DNA of 64,000 nt. It comes from Tubiluchus corallicola (taxonomy: Eukaryota; Animalia; Priapulida). The notes below the pieces were generated by a model. That model did no database searches. It saw nothing but the letters and a program-made list of their open reading frames with translations, and was not told where the DNA came from. The DNA lies in the NCBI GenBank assembly GCA_030141605.1, contig JAQGDQ010000745.1, positions 38,878 through 102,877 of the forward strand, in the 5' to 3' direction. Below, piece by piece: positions 1 through 14,200 of this stretch. The position numbers and the translations under genes were made by a program. Positions within the stretch are counted from its first letter, which is position 1; every line of letters starts with the position of its first letter.

Positions 1-291
1 TCTGGAACTGCAGGTCAAATGGCTAAGTAATAAGAAACCAGAAACAAGTCTTTGCTTACAAATTGCTAGAAAACAGTCCAGGGGTTTGCAGTACAACCAA
101 ATTTTATAGCATCACAATCTTTTTGCATTGTTTTGTGGCGTGTCATAGCAACCAATCCCTCGCCTATTCCAGCGCACATGCATTAATGTACAAGTAACCC
201 CTATGCAGCATTGTTAAACAACATCGAAATCTCCATGGCTATAGAGCTATAGACGAGCTATAGAGCACGTGTAACTGCAATTTTTGCTCAT

Positions 292-2595
292 TCATTGTTT
301 AGCAATCACTAAATCAGTATCACTGCTGCCACCTTTCAGTGGAAACATCAAAACTTTCGACTGCATAAAAGAAAGATCCGGTAACCGGTCCAGTATTTTT
401 ATGGCTTCGGTGCTTAAGTTGCTTCTGTCGCCTTTTTTCTCCCGCGGAACGGTTGACCGACTGCTCGCTAGTAACCTCGCTATCGGATGAGTAGGCGAAC
501 ACGGCAACTGTTTAGTGGGAGACTCCGACGAAGACGGGCTTGCTAGCTCCAATATGTCAGCATCCAGGTCACGTCCACTTGATCCACTGGAGCTCATCTT
601 GTCCGCGAAGAAATCCAGATCCAACAATGCAGATCCGCCGTCCGACAACGGATTTGTCAAACCGCTCGACACCCAATCAAATTCGGCTGCGGGGAGGTTT
701 TCGGGAGACAGGTGGTGCTCCGCCTGAGCTGATTCGCCATTGGTTGTTGCAGGTTTGGCATCTGTATCCAGAACTTTGATTGGTTCTAACAAGCCGAGAT
801 GAGAGGCAAACACGGGCATCATTGGCTGCTTTTTTGATATAATATTCCTAGTATCGACGCCAAGAGATTTCATTAACAAGCGATTGTTTGTAGACTCGCT
901 CCACTGATATGACAATGCTACTGTACCTTCAATGTCCTTCAAGCTGTCCCACACTGACGCACCTGCACTAAAATTGCTACTATCATCCTCAGAAGAACTG
1001 TCCTCAGGAGGTTTAGCTTCTTTTAACGTTGCCGGCAAAAGTATTAATGAGTTTCTCGGGTTAAGGTTCCCCGGTTCACTCGGGAAAGCACCGAGCACCA
1101 ACCTCTGCAAATTCGACTCGGGATCGCCTTGATCGGTTGTTCTTTCGTGATCCAACGGAGGAGGTAAATCGTGCCTCTGAGAATCGTTGTATTCGCTTGG
1201 CGTAATATTGCCAGCACTATCAAAATCAGCAAAACCGCAGTCGAATCTAGCCTCAACCGATGCAGCCTCCCAACCTACAGCAGCTGTTTCCCAACCTACT
1301 GTAGTCGTGCTCGCAGAAGAACCGCCGTCAACGGGAACAGCCGACGAGAAATCAGCAAAATCGTCATATTCGTCTAAAGGGTCTACAGATCCTGGAATGT
1401 CAGAAGACATTTCTTCGTCAGTTGCCATAACCGTGTTTGGTAGTGGCAGATCCAAGTCAGAAATGTCACTTACTTGAGCATCGGTAGGAGCAGCCGATGA
1501 GAAGTCTGCAAAGTCATCACCGTCTTTGTCGACGACTTGGTGAGTGGGAATGTCAACTTCCACCCCTTCTATCATAGAAGAAGCCAACGCCATAGATGAG
1601 GAATGAGAAAAATCGTCAGTTTCAATGTGAAAATCTGACGGCTTTACTAAGTCTAGATCCTCATTATAATGCTCTGGAACGGAGCTCAGTTTTGGTAGAT
1701 CATACCCTGATGGGTCAGCTTCTGGATCAAATGATGGAGCAGAACCGAAACGGTCAAAATCGTTATCAGCATCGCCTTCAAGATGCACCTCGGTATTGGC
1801 GTCGTTGATAAGCTCATCAGTTTGTGTCTTGGAATTGTCCGAGTCAGAATACGAGACGACTGAAACATTTGGAGGAGGATGCTCATCACAATCACTAGCA
1901 TCTATGTCAGTTTCTAGGTATGAGTGGATAGACTTCCACGTTTTATCTTCTATTGGACCATCAAGTAATTCGTCAGCGGGGTCAGCCCGAAATCTTTCTC
2001 TGGAACTAAGAACAGGTGAATTGTTATCTATTTCATTTTTATAACTCTGATCGGCCAGATCTGCTACCTTCGCATCTTGCCTTTGCTCTGTCAAATGGCG
2101 TTCAGACGAGTCGGAAACAATATAAAGCCCAACTGGCTTACTCATGTGCTGAGCAGAACTCGCATCAGCCTCAATGGCAGAGCTCGTTTGATCAACTACT
2201 TTATCAGTAACTTTATCAAAAGTTTCAGAAATGTCATCATACTCGAGCCTGCCTGTATCTGTAGGCTGCTCAAACTCAACGGGAGTATCAGTGAACAGGG
2301 TTGGGTCAGAGAAATGACCAACAGACGTGTCAGCAACCTTTGACGGCGAGTACCCAGCAAATACCGTGTGATCTAATGGCGGCGGCGAAAAACCTTTCCA
2401 ACTTTCCTCATCGGACTTATCAAAAGATTCCGAAAGGTCTTGGGTACAATGAGGAGTAGATTCCTCGCTTCTCGTATGACCTGCCCTTTGTTCTTCTACA
2501 AAAGAATGGTCGTACTCTTTTCCAGACTTCGAACCTTGTGCGTCTTCACATGTCTTGAACTCGGCAAAGTCTCCGAAGTCGTCGTCGTCATCCAT
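292..2595 (-). CDS. AFTPH: Aftiphilin (AP-1/clathrin accessory protein), single coding exon, 767 aa
   Basis: Acidic low-complexity ORF with repeated gamma-ear-binding-type motifs ([23 protein letters not shown]), the aftiphilin clathrin-binding region (W..LKDIE...[26 protein letters not shown]), an LLDLD clathrin box and the C-terminal [15 protein letters not shown] motif. ATG context is caccATGg; a splice acceptor (ccctcaaacacag) lies at 2729-2731 in the 5' UTR. Confidence 0.92.
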   Translation of the reverse strand: MDDDDDFGDFAEFKTCEDAQGSKSGKEYDHSFVEEQRAGHTRSEESTPHCTQDLSESFDKSDEESWKGFSPPPLDHTVFAGYSPSKVADTSVGHFSDPTLFTDTPVEFEQPTDTGRLEYDDISETFDKVTDKVVDQTSSAIEADASSAQHMSKPVGLYIVSDSSERHLTEQRQDAKVADLADQSYKNEIDNNSPVLSSRERFRADPADELLDGPIEDKTWKSIHSYLETDIDASDCDEHPPPNVSVVSYSDSDNSKTQTDELINDANTEVHLEGDADNDFDRFGSAPSFDPEADPSGYDLPKLSSVPEHYNEDLDLVKPSDFHIETDDFSHSSSMALASSMIEGVEVDIPTHQVVDKDGDDFADFSSAAPTDAQVSDISDLDLPLPNTVMATDEEMSSDIPGSVDPLDEYDDFADFSSAVPVDGGSSASTTTVGWETAAVGWEAASVEARFDCGFADFDSAGNITPSEYNDSQRHDLPPPLDHERTTDQGDPESNLQRLVLGAFPSEPGNLNPRNSLILLPATLKEAKPPEDSSSEDDSSNFSAGASVWDSLKDIEGTVALSYQWSESTNNRLLMKSLGVDTRNIISKKQPMMPVFASHLGLLEPIKVLDTDAKPATTNGESAQAEHHLSPENLPAAEFDWVSSGLTNPLSDGGSALLDLDFFADKMSSSGSSGRDLDADILELASPSSSESPTKQLPCSPTHPIARLLASSRSTVPREKKGDRSNLSTEAIKILDRLPDLSFMQSKVLMFPLKGGSSDTDLVIAKQ

Positions 2596-2796
2596 GGTGA
2601 TGTGTGGTCCCAGGTGTTAATTAATCACAGCGTGCACTATCTGTATGGATTGTCGGTTCTCTGCATCTTGGCCATGACAACTAAAAGTGTAATAGCGTAG
2701 ATATAATTACTAGAGTCAGTGCCAGCACCTGTGTTTGAGGGATAACAACAATTATTTTAACAATTTGTTATTTCGATTGTTTGGTTAGGGTTAAGG

Positions 2797-3281
2797 CAGG
2801 GGTGTGCAAATTATCTGACTAGCCGGGCCACATTAAACTTACCCGCAATTCCTGCGGGCTACGGGCAGTTTGATCAAGGAGCCAAGTGCAGAAAGGCCTA
2901 ATGTCGATTTTTTTTTTGCATCCGACCTGCGTACATCATTACTACTACACTCAAGAAACTATTTTAGAAGTTACTAAAATTTATATTACGAATCATATAT
3001 TTCTACTTTCAGGACAGATAGTGGTAATTTCATTACAATGCATATTAGTAATGTGTATCACACAGTCTGTGTAGTACAGTGACATTAAGCTACAACTGTC
3101 TTGTAAGGGTTAATGGCATCCGATCTAGTAGAAAAAACTACCCACACTATCTTTGGGATCGTGGCACGGACTTCAGCTGGATACACTCAATTAATCGCCC
3201 GGGCCGCACTTTCATTAGGTTGACAAATCTCTTCGCGGGCCGCACAAATTCTCTCGGCGGGCCGCAATTTGCACACCCCTG
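2797..3281. mobile_element. hAT-type MITE, family A copy 1
   Basis: TIRs CAGGGGTGTGCAAA / TTTGCACACCCCTG; near-perfect 8-bp TSD (ggttaagg / ggttaggg); nearly identical to 4954-5453. Confidence 0.85.
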
Positions 3282-4953
3282 GGTTAGGGTTTTCAAAGTT
3301 ACTACTACACAGGTGGTCATTTTTTTATACGAGAAAGTCCCATGGACTGCCAAACGTGCAAACTTCCATCGAAACGGTACCCATCTGATGTGGTTTTGTA
3401 AGCAAAAAGTGTTTGGTAAATTGAGAAAAAATGTTATGGCCCTACTGTGAACCAATGTCAGGAGCAGTGGCAGCTCATGCATAGGCACTGTGGAACTGCA
3501 GCACCCCCTATTTTCACACAATATTATTGATAATAATCAATAGATCTGTCTTCTTTAGTTCTTTCTCTGTACTTGTACGGAGGGGGTAGTAATGAATGCT
3601 TCATATCCCAGCACATGCCTGAACCCAGGTAGAAAAAGTACTGTCGCTCATACAGTTTGCCGTCAGTTGTCACGTGCTTATCGTGAATGCATCAAGCTTG
3701 AACTGCGATAACTTAGACTATTAGTGAGCAAAAAAATTTTTTGTATAGGATTTTATCAAGTTTATGAATAAACTTTCATATGTTTGTTTGTTTAAAATTA
3801 CAATTACAAAATTAAGATGACACCTGTTTGTTTCATTTTACACAGTATTAAAACAATGGCTACAAATTTTGAAGCAGTACCCCAGTAATCTTAGCTACAA
3901 GCCGCCACTGTTAATGAAGCCAAATGAAACTCGTTCCTATCGACACACTTTTTGGACAATAAACAGCTTGACAAAAGCAGCTTTAGCAGTCAATAAACAC
4001 AATGGAGGGAATGCAAAAGAGGTGATCAAAAAGTAGAACTGATGCTTCTTCTTTGTTTTTAGTGGTGCCAAATTGTGATTTAGCCTCAGAGTGGAGCGCG
4101 GGAGGGGGGGTGTACAAATGATAGGCGTCATTTCAAATTCTGCTATAGAAAAAGGGGGGATAGCTAGTCGATAATAAACTTAGTTTGCAAAATCTGCTAA
4201 TCAAAACTAGTTTTCTTTACTTAAAAAATAGTACACACAACGTTTCTTTGCTGCAGTTTAAGCCTTTCTTTAGTCCTTGAAAACATACGCAGCGACAAAT
4301 CTTAGTAACTGTGAGTCTTACTGATAAGCAAGAAAGTAAAATCTTGTTTCAAGTGAATTAAAAGGTTTATATTACAGTTACGAGAAATTACTGCCATTTT
4401 AGTGTACATGAGTGCACCTGAAATTGTGAGTATGTTTAACAAAAATATTTGACATTGTACGTAATGCTGGCACCAGGGCTGAGTCGGTTAGGCTTTTCAA
4501 CTACCATTTTTAACGTTATTAATTGGGGTTGGTTAATTGCTTAACCATTACCAATAACGTCATGCATATAGCATAATATCGAATACTGCCGTTTTTATTT
4601 CTCGACTGTTATGGTGTCAATACACACCTGCTGCGTGGCAGATAAGTAACTGTATTCAACTCCATTTTGAGAAGTTAATGTAACAGAGTTGCAGCAAGCA
4701 AAAATTAATCTCCTTGTAGAATTTTCTTTGAAAAATATCGAAATACTAACCGCATACATTTTAGTTAAATATATTTGTATTTCGTCTGTTTTCTTTCGCA
4801 TTTTCATTTTTTTTTCAAATTAATAGTTGACTCATTCTTTGCATGTCTAAGTGGTGTAGTTCAAATCTTGCACGCACCAGCAAGAATGTCAAACAAGGAG
4901 GCATCCTCGTAACATACGCAAGCGAAAAACTTTTTGTAATTCACCATTTAGAT

Positions 4954-5453
4954 CAGGGGTGTGCAAATTATCTGACTAGCCGGGCCACATTAAACTTTCC
5001 CACAATTCCTGCGGGCCACAGGCAGTTTGATCAAGGAGCCAAGTACAGAAAGCCCTAGTAACGATTTTTTTGCATCCAACCTGCGTACATCATTATTACT
5101 GCACTCAAGAAACTATTTCAGAAGTTGTTAAAATTTATATTACAAACCATATATTTCTACTATCAGGACAGATAGTGGTAATTTCATTACAATGCATATT
5201 AGTAATGTGTATCACACAGTCTGTGTAGTACAGTGTTATTAAGCTACAACCATCTTGTAAGGGTTAATGGCATCCGATCTAGTAGAAAAAACTACCCGCA
5301 ATATCTTTGGGATCGTGGCACGGACTTCAATTGGATACACTAAATTAATCGCCTGGGCCGCACTTTCACTAGGTTGACAAATCTCTTCGCGGGCCGCACA
5401 AATTCTCTCGACGGGCCGCAAGTGGCCCGTGGGCCGCAATTTGCACATCCCTG
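4954..5453. mobile_element. hAT-type MITE, family A copy 2
   Basis: TIRs CAGGGGTGTGCAAA / TTTGCACATCCCTG; perfect 8-bp TSD ATTTAGAT on both sides. Confidence 0.9.
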
Positions 5454-7748
5454 ATTTAGATGGTTCTTAGGCAACTAGATTAATTGAAACAATGTTGCAA
5501 ATGGTACAATTTTATGTGAGCAAGACATTGCTAACTACATACTTGCAACTCAGAAAGGAAATTTGGTGGAAATGGCAATTTTGGGAAACTGGACCATGGT
5601 GGCCATGACCAAATCAAAATCTGTCAGTGTATGTGTAAAGTCCCGAGTCAGGAAAAAGCAGAAACAAGTCATAATAAAACCCCCTCTATATAGCAGAGTC
5701 GATACATGAATGATTGGCATAAAAGCTAGTAACCACCTGGGTATAATATTGGCTATGAGCCGTTTTACTAAGCATACTGCTACTGCTCATTTACTTCATA
5801 CAGAAATGAGTGTGCATTCGGCTTCTTGCAGTGCTTCAAAGTACAAAAAACAATTTTTGACTCTATAATTAATGTAAATCTTTTTTTATTGTGAGAAGGT
5901 GACTGCACGTGGCTAAGACAACTACGAAATTCTAGTACTAGCTGGTCTAGGTAGGAATTCGAACGGCAAATCAATATTTCCGTCACAGAGGTTATACTAA
6001 TAGCGAGTGCAGTGCAATTTGAGTTAGCAAAAACTTTGGAATGCCAAAGACGTGCTCAGAGATGATATGAAAAAGAAAAACAGTTGACTCTGTAAAGTAA
6101 AAGTAAAAAACGCCAATTTCTAGTAATAGGCCAAAACGGTTTACAAATTTAAGAATCCTGTTGATTTTCACTGGTTTCCCTAAGTACTGTTGTTATAATC
6201 CTAGTAGCGTAATAATAATTAGTACCTATCGTTTGCCGTGGCCTTACGTCCAAAGTAAAAAATACAAGATGTCAAAAATTCATTACATTTTCGGACTAAA
6301 TCCACAAACTAAGCAAATTGTGCAAATTAAACTGCGGAAATCTTTGAAACCCAATCTGCTCGCGTCTTCGCGCAAGCTTTCTGTTTTCTTTTGTTTTTTT
6401 ATGGAACCGTTCAATTCATCTGAATCTGATAATTACAGTGCGTTAAAATTTGCCCAAAATAAAATATCACAAAACTACAGTGCACACGAAACAGATTTGT
6501 TCATTTTTAATAATGACAACGATGGCAGATCTATAAAGAGCAATCATGAAACATTGGTATAATAATGTATATCACAATTTTGCTGTAATAGTAGAAAATT
6601 AGGAATACTGATGCGAATCTCTACATTAAGGCAAGTGACATCAGCTGTTGCCAGTTACCATAGCCTCCGGCGAACTTTGGGGCTTAACTGAAATCTCCAC
6701 AAGGCACCCCAATAACCAAGATGATGGCTAGCTGTTTAAAGGCTGTAGTATTGCAATATTGCCAGCTGACATCCTTAAGGACTGGTTTCAGTTTGGAAGC
6801 CCAGTAATTTCTCGCTGACACTTGCCTTAATGCGCATAACAGCAAGTCCAACTATAATTATTTTAACTACTTCGGCACCATGTGGCCAATCCAGTTAATC
6901 ACAGAAACCTGGTGAAACTTGGTAACAGCTGAGCATAGAAATAATAATTGGTTTCTGAAAAAACAACTCTCATAAATTAAAATGATAACCAATAACAAAA
7001 TATGTAATCTCAAATAACTTCGAGACTTCAAATTCGTAATCCAATTATAATAAAGGTTATTGAAATTTCAAATTGCCTGAAAAAATCCAGTGAAGTAGAT
7101 TGGACTAGACTACACATAATTTGTTCACATAAAACTTCCTTTTAGTCTTTGTTAATTCTTCTTCATGAATTTCTTATCTGACTGATGGCACTTTGCCTGG
7201 TATTATAATGCATTCTAGCCATAATGGTAAAACTCTATTGTCTTTCCGTAATCACATAGGAAAATGATTATTAAAATACTTCTTACACTACAGTGAACAT
7301 ACCAAAGATATTATAACACTCTGACAACAGTGCCGACAACAACAGCAACATGGCAACAGCAGCAGCTGGTGCTTCCTATCAAGATCCCAACAATTTTATT
7401 ATGCACTGCCCACTTTACCAACAAATCCGCCGAACCTAGTATATCTATCCTATAAATGAACTTTCTCGGAATAATATCCAAATACTACTATGTGGTGATA
7501 TCTCACTTTTTCTTGATTCTAACAATGCTATAGTATCCGCTAGCAGCCTAGCATTTCCTTTATTATACATTATGCGCAGTTTAATTAGATCTAAAATTAA
7601 ATCTATGGTTCATTAAAATCTCTGAATTCTAACTTACAGTGCAAATTCTTTACTCTCGCGTTCCCGTCACTCCAACACTTTCATCTTTCTTTTATTGGCT
7701 TCATTATCACTCATTCTCTTTTTGTAGCTTAACATCAACACCAAGCAC

Positions 7749-8165
7749 TAGGGGTGAGCATCGAACGTTCGAGTTCGAACATTCGAATCGAATTCGAATG
7801 CTCGAATTCGATTCGAACGAGTTTTTTTAGTTCGAACTCGATTCGAATCCAAAACTATAGATGAGAATAATTCAGCACTTCAATCACATATGTTCCTGAT
7901 CATTAAAATGATTGAAACATCATGCAATTAGCATAATTTAGCTGTGATTTCTGCACACAACTTTAAACAAATTACTAGTCATTTTATTGCAGAGCAAAAT
8001 CGAGTGATATGCTTGATCTTTGTACGACTAATTTTTACTGGTGGTTCGAAAATCGTTCAGTCTCAATTCGAATTCGAAACACTGAACTTCGGTTCGATTA
8101 GAATTCGAAAGTCACAAATTCGGTTCGATTCGAATTCGCTTTCTGGTAGAGAATGCTCACCCCTG
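7749..8165. mobile_element. hAT-type MITE, family B copy 1 (TTCGAA-rich subterminal repeats)
   Basis: TIRs TAGGGGTGAGCAT / ATGCTCACCCCTG; perfect 8-bp TSD CCAAGCAC; many TTCGAA/TTCGA motifs near both ends. Confidence 0.9.
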
Positions 8166-8304
8166 CCAAGCACATCATTACCAACTTTTGCACACCCGCT
8201 ATTCAAAAAGAAGTTGCATAACTTTCTCATTCCCGCTTTGTTTAATGCATAACTAACAGTTCTTGTAATCGTGAACCCAACTTATGACGCATCTACTTGC
8301 GAAG

Positions 8305-8596
8305 AGTTATCAAGGACGTTTGGGTTAAAGAAATTACTTCCGAGTACAGCCAAATCCTAATTTCCAGTATGCCTCTTAGAATGAAGGCAGTGATTGAAAA
8401 CTTCGGCGGCCATACAAAGTACTAAATTGTTCAAGGACTGTGACTATTTTTGGATAAAAACATACAAACTATGCTGTGGTATATTTATCTAGAAGAAAGA
8501 ATTAATAGTTTTTAGATGGAACCGTGATAAACGATGGTTTTGTCAATTTTCATGAAAAAAATCACATTGGTCTTAAACTTTTGCAAATGATTGTAC
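8305..8596 (+). mobile_element. Tc1-family transposon 3' remnant
   Basis: Translates as ..VWVKEITSEYSQILISSMPLRMKAVIENFGGHTKY* (stop 8423-8425), matching the Tc1 transposase C-terminus pattern SMP.R..AVI...GG.TKY, followed by a Tc1-like terminal aaactttttgcaaatgattgta. Confidence 0.75.
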
Positions 8597-8619
8597 TTGC
8601 TGAAGAATAGCTTTTATAT

Positions 8620-9007
8620 TAGGGGTGAGTATCGAACGTTCGAATCGAATTCGATTCGAACGAGTTTTTTTTAGTTCGAACTCGATTCGAATCCAAAACT
8701 ATAGATTCGAATAATTCAGCACTTCAATCACACTTGTTCTTTATCATTAAAACGATTGAAACATCATGCAATTAGCATAATTTAGCTGTGATTTCTGCAC
8801 ACAATTTTAAAGAAATTACTAGTCGTTTTATTGCAGAACAAAATCTAGTGATATGCATGATCTTTGTAAGACTAATTTTTGCTGGTGGTTCGAAAATGTT
8901 TCGATCTCAATTCGAATTCGAAACACTGAAGTTCGGTTCGATTCGAATTCGAGTCACAAATTCGGTTCGATTCGAATTCGCTTTCCGGTAGAGAATGCTC
9001 ACCCCTA
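8620..9007. mobile_element. hAT-type MITE, family B copy 2
   Basis: TIRs TAGGGGTGAG / CTCACCCCTA; highly similar to 7749-8165; imperfect TSD (tttatat shared). Confidence 0.85.
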
Positions 9008-9654
9008 TTTATATAGGTTATATCTGTTACCCTATCAGCAATTACCCATTGTTTTTTATGATAAACATATTTATGTTTGTAGTGTTTCTTATCAAATAAA
9101 AATATTGTTTTAACTAACAGCAGCAGTGAGACAACAACAATAAAAGACGAGCAACAATGAATTTCAAATAGAAGCCTCACAATGAAAAAAATACCATATA
9201 AGACGGGTAGTATACTTCAGTAGTATATTGAAAGAAATGCACCAACAAAAACAAATACGTGTATATTACAGTTTATACAGTTTTAAAAATAACAGTGACA
9301 TTATTCAACGGCCGAGGGCAGGCAAAAAATAAAATACGCTATTTGTTCTATAAAAATTGTAGTCACAGACTAGATGTTTCCAAAAACAAAAGAACGGCAA
9401 CTGATCATTACAAAGTACAAACACGCTGTAGTTCGTTATTTGCAATTAATTTCTCATGGTTGCTTTCAGTTTTGCCTGTAGAAGGATGCATAATGTTAGG
9501 TGACAATTCACAAACTGACAAAAACAGGACAAGTGCTTTGCCTGGTTTGAAGAATAACTGTAAAACTACAAAAGTAACCCTAAAATAGTTTTGGAAGGAG
9601 TAATGACACAAAATCAATAAGAAAATATGAAAACTGCCTATCCAGTAACATTAA

Positions 9655-10404
9655 CTCTTTCAGGACCGCACCATTCAAAATAGGTTCTGTAGGGCCCATG
9701 ACTTTTCTGCTACTGTATGAGCACAGACATAACTAAATGACTACAAATTAGGCACTGTTCTATGCGAGAGAAGATTGGTTATCCAACCATGCTATTTGTT
9801 TAAACATTTATGAGTGATTTAATTGGCTAAGTTTAAGTAAAACACGTCATTTCAGGCACTCCAACTTAGCCTATTGAGTAGCTTGGTCTGGTGTACATTT
9901 GCGTGATCGTATACAATATAATTGATCACCTGCTTGCTCCAGCCCAAGATGTGTAGCTCTGCTGCTATTCCAGGAAAAACTAACCGATCAGCCAATGACA
10001 AATTAAGATCGATTCGTCTTTTAACAGAAATTTCTCCTTAAAATAGTGTAGATTTGAGGATAAAGTGTAATCCAGGACAAAGTGTAATCCTGACTATCCA
10101 GACACAGGTCAGAATCTTTTGTCTGGATACTTGAATTTTCTGCATTAGCCAATGTCACACAAGTGGATACTGTACATTGTTACAGTGCAAAAATTTCAGT
10201 TAAAGAAAGCTTCTTTCAACTTATTCATCAAAAATCGATTTTTAATTTGTCTAAGATAAGCAAATGCATTTCATGGATGAAAATTCATTGTGTGAGGAGT
10301 AGAAACCTAGAAAAAGCATCACATATAATGTAATCGCTGCTTAGTGAGAGCACTTTTTCATGAAGCCATGCAAAATGCAGCAAACGCTTACGGTGCTGAA
10401 GGAG
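9655..10404. mobile_element. piggyBac-like non-autonomous element (TTAA-flanked)
   Basis: TTAA on both sides; imperfect TIRs CTCTTTCAGGACCG / CGGTGCTGAAGGAG; partial related copies at ~25728-26210 and ~54060-54600. Confidence 0.7.
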
Positions 10405-10510
10405 TTAACATACACAGTCAATTATAATTACATTAACAAGCATTTAATTGGATGTAATTAATGAATAAAAAATGTTTGACTTTTTGCAAGTGATCAGTCA
10501 ACATAGAATA

Positions 10511-10858
10511 AGCCACAGCTGGGGAGATCTGGCTGGTCATCGTCACCTAGTATAGCCACAGCTGGCGGAGATCTGGCTGGTAATCGTCACCTAGTATAGC
10601 CACAGCTGGCAGAGATCTGGCTGGTCATCGTGACCTAGTATAGCCACAGCTGGTGGAGATCTGGCTGGTCATTGTGACCTAGTATAGCCACAGCTGGCGG
10701 AGATCTGGCTGGTCATTGTGACCTAGTATAGCCACAGCTGGCGGAGATCTGGCTGGTGATCGTGACCTAGTATAGCCACAGCTGGCGGAGATCTGGCTGG
10801 TCATCGTGACCTAATATAGCCACAGCTGGCGGAGATCTGACTGGTCATTGTGACCTAG
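10511..10858. repeat. 44-bp minisatellite, about 8 copies, downstream of the NEURL4 stop
   Basis: Unit agccacagctggcggagatctggctggtcatcgtgacctagtat repeated head-to-tail. Confidence 0.95.
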
Positions 10859-11268
10859 AAGCTGCTAATCTAATAAGATGAATAGACACTAAACAGTGAT
10901 GCAAGACTAACAATAAAAGCAGTGAAATATCGAATATCATAAAAAACTGTAAGCTTTTGTTTGTATGTTTTTTCTTAATGTGCCGCACACTTTCGTAGTA
11001 GAAACTAGACATTCATTTCCACTTAGCACAGAAAGACTATGAAATACATTTCTGGAGCTTTCAAAACCAGCATTTTAAGTTAAATGATAATTTGTGTGTA
11101 ATTCCAGCAAGACTTGAAACTGTCACGCTATACACACGAGTCAATATCAAAAACTAAACTCAACAACCTGCATGGCTGCCACAAATTAATCACAAAAAAA
11201 GAATATTCATATCCAACAAAGACTGACTAGATTTCTTAAGCATGAAGTACTAATTCTCTGTTGAGCAC

Positions 11269-14200
11269 CTACTCAAGCCTTACTAGAAGGCCATACAGAG
11301 CAGTTGCTCCCCTTTCTTTTGTAAACCACTCGATTTCATTGTTGCTGAAATGCGGATCGATCGCGTGGTTGACTCCAATCGATTGAGGTCCAACTCGGTA
11401 ACAGCCGGGCCGTACGCACACTTGGAATGCGACTCTAACCTGAGTCTGTTTCTTCGAGTCGATGTCGGTCCACTCCTGTCGAGTCGCAAACAAATCGTTA
11501 TCGATATAACGAATGGATGGAGACAAAAATATCTGACTGATGTCCTCTTTGCTTTTGTATTTTCCGCGAGAAGCGTATGGAGTGAGCGCCTTTCCGCCTA
11601 AAGCCACGTCGCCCGGAAGAAGTAATTCTCCGTGGTCGAGTATTTTTCTGATGGCGGCGATGCGCGTACCATGAAACGCAACATGCCAATTTTCACTTGC
11701 ATTAATGTTTTCAAATCGCGGGGCAATCCGCAGGCCAAACCGGCACCAGCCAAAAGGAACCGTGTAGTCTTTAGGCGGGTCTCCTCCTTTGATGCACCGA
11801 CTGTCTTCTTGGATGCTATAACATTTTTCGCAGAAACACACATTCTTTTCCGGACAGAAATACACAGCGGGTAAGCCAAGAAGATCAACAAAGACCGAGC
11901 AGGCTTTCATATAATCACAGTTTTCCACTGGCCTTGCTTCAATGGTTCGTTGAGGTGTAACTTTCTCCGTCTTGTTACTCTCGATGTCTGCCTTTTCCTT
12001 GTCCTCTCCTTGCTGAGAAGTCGAAGAACTGCTATCGTCAGACGCCGCGTCATTTGTCACAATGCTCACCTGATTGCAACGACCATAGAGATCGACTAGG
12101 ACAAAACACAACCCCGGCAAATCCGTCGCAGCCACGCCTCGGTCCACACCATTCACGTACATGTGCAGACTGTTATGGTAATCGATTAGCAACCCTACCC
12201 TACCGCTTGTTAAAGTATCTAAATCTGGCCCATAGCACTCTTTTATCTTTGCCTTATTATGAAAAACAGATTGGCCCTGTATGATCCACACGGCTCCTTC
12301 CATCGAGACTGCATTACTGGGAAAGACAATTTTGTCCAAATGTGTACCGACAATGCCAACGCGCAGTCCGGAAGACCATCTGGAGTTTGACTGGTTAATC
12401 TCAATTTCAAACAACTGCTGTCTCACAAGCGGCTGATTGCAGACAGCTATAGCTTGATCATATCCGGCCTTTCTCGTAGCCGTGCGATTGCGATTGGACA
12501 GATTGATGTTCCGTCCGTGTCTATTGTGAAAGACGTGCGAAATCGGCGCTTTCGTGTCGACGTCTCCATCTTCGTCGAACGCCTCTCGGTTCAGAAAGTG
12601 CACAAGTGGCGCACGAGGACTCACAAGAGGAACTTCAGCTATGGAGTTGCTTACGATGCTGATGCCGTCAACCGTGCCGTAAACATCAACAAGGGCGTGC
12701 ACTTTCTTCGGTATATGCGTAGCTGCAACTCCCATGTCTTCACTGTTTACGAACAAGTGCAGCGTGCCGTCCGAGCATACCATAACTCCAACTTTCGTGC
12801 CGACTTCAACGCGATGTAAAGAAGGGACAAAGTTTTCCTTGAGAACCACATTGTTTCGCAAAACGCTCGAGCCGCTTATTAGCCAGGTAACTTTTGATTT
12901 GTTATCTGCAAACTCTTTAGCAGATGCGGGCAGACTAGAATTAGGCATGTTGTCGTGAATGGTGAACGTCGTCACACCAATTTCTAGTGAACCTGAGTAC
13001 AGTTGAGTCATTGAGTCCACTTGTATTTCGAATAGCTCATCCAATTTCATAGGATGAGAGCTGAAAACCAAACCACAATTATAGTTTTTCTGCCTCACAG
13101 CAGAACATGCCCCATTTTTCAGGAGTATGTTTTTCCCGGTACACATGCACAGACGATGAGTAATTTCAGCTGTGAGACGCGCTGGTGACACGTCAGTTTG
13201 CATGAGCTCCAGCACGTGATTCTGTGGTTGCACCGGTTTACTGTTCTGATTTAGAATCGTAACTTGAGCACACTGCCCGTACAAATCTATCACAGCATAC
13301 ACACCTTTAATATCACCTTTACCGGGAGGAACATCTGTACAGGCAACCCCCATATCAGCGCCGTTCACGTAAAAGTGCAGAGTACCGTCTGCCAAACGGC
13401 TCATGCCGATGCGGGATCCGACCATCAAAGTGTCCAGATCGCAGGCGTAACCATTGCGAATGGTTGTTCCATCTTGCATGATGGCCGACCCGCTCAGCAT
13501 CCAAGTTTCATAATCTATGTCGGTCATCGTGTTAGGAAACTCTAGCTGATCCGGTCTGATCGTCGTTACTCCGGCCTCTATAGACCCCGACCAACGCTCC
13601 ACCATTTTTTCGATAACCACCTCGAACATTTCGCCATCTTTTAGCGGTCGCTTGGACGTGACGATGGCATCGTTGAATTCGCCGTGAGCATTTGGCCGGG
13701 AGGCCGTTAATCCATTGTTAGTGATTGTTGCATTACGACCATGAAGATGGTGGAACTGCAGTGGCTCTTCCTCTTCCTCTGCGACCGCTTCGTCATTAGC
13801 ATCAGCAGTTTGATCTACGTCTTCTATTGTTGACACGGGTATCAGGGATGTTGCCGAATGATCAACAATATGAGCTTTTGCTGCCTGGCCATATAAGTCT
13901 ATCACTCCGTAGACATTCTCCGGCACGTCTGTGGCAGCGCATCCCTGATCGACGGAATTTACGTAAAAATGCACGTTTCCGTTGTTCTTTCTCAACACGC
14001 CGACGGTGTCGCCACATTTTAGACGATCGAGATTTTGGCCGTATTCTTCCAGCACGGTCGTACCGTTGTGCATGACGCCGTTGCCGGTCATCATCCACGT
14101 TCCGCTGCGAATGTTCGTCATGGTGGCGGGGAAGTCCAGATCTAGCGGCAAATGAGTCGTTACACCAATTTCGATGGAACCGGCCCATTTATCTATGATC

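Noticed and set aside
2783-2796. TTAGGG telomeric motif next to the hAT insertion
   Set aside because: Only one or two imperfect units; not a telomeric array.
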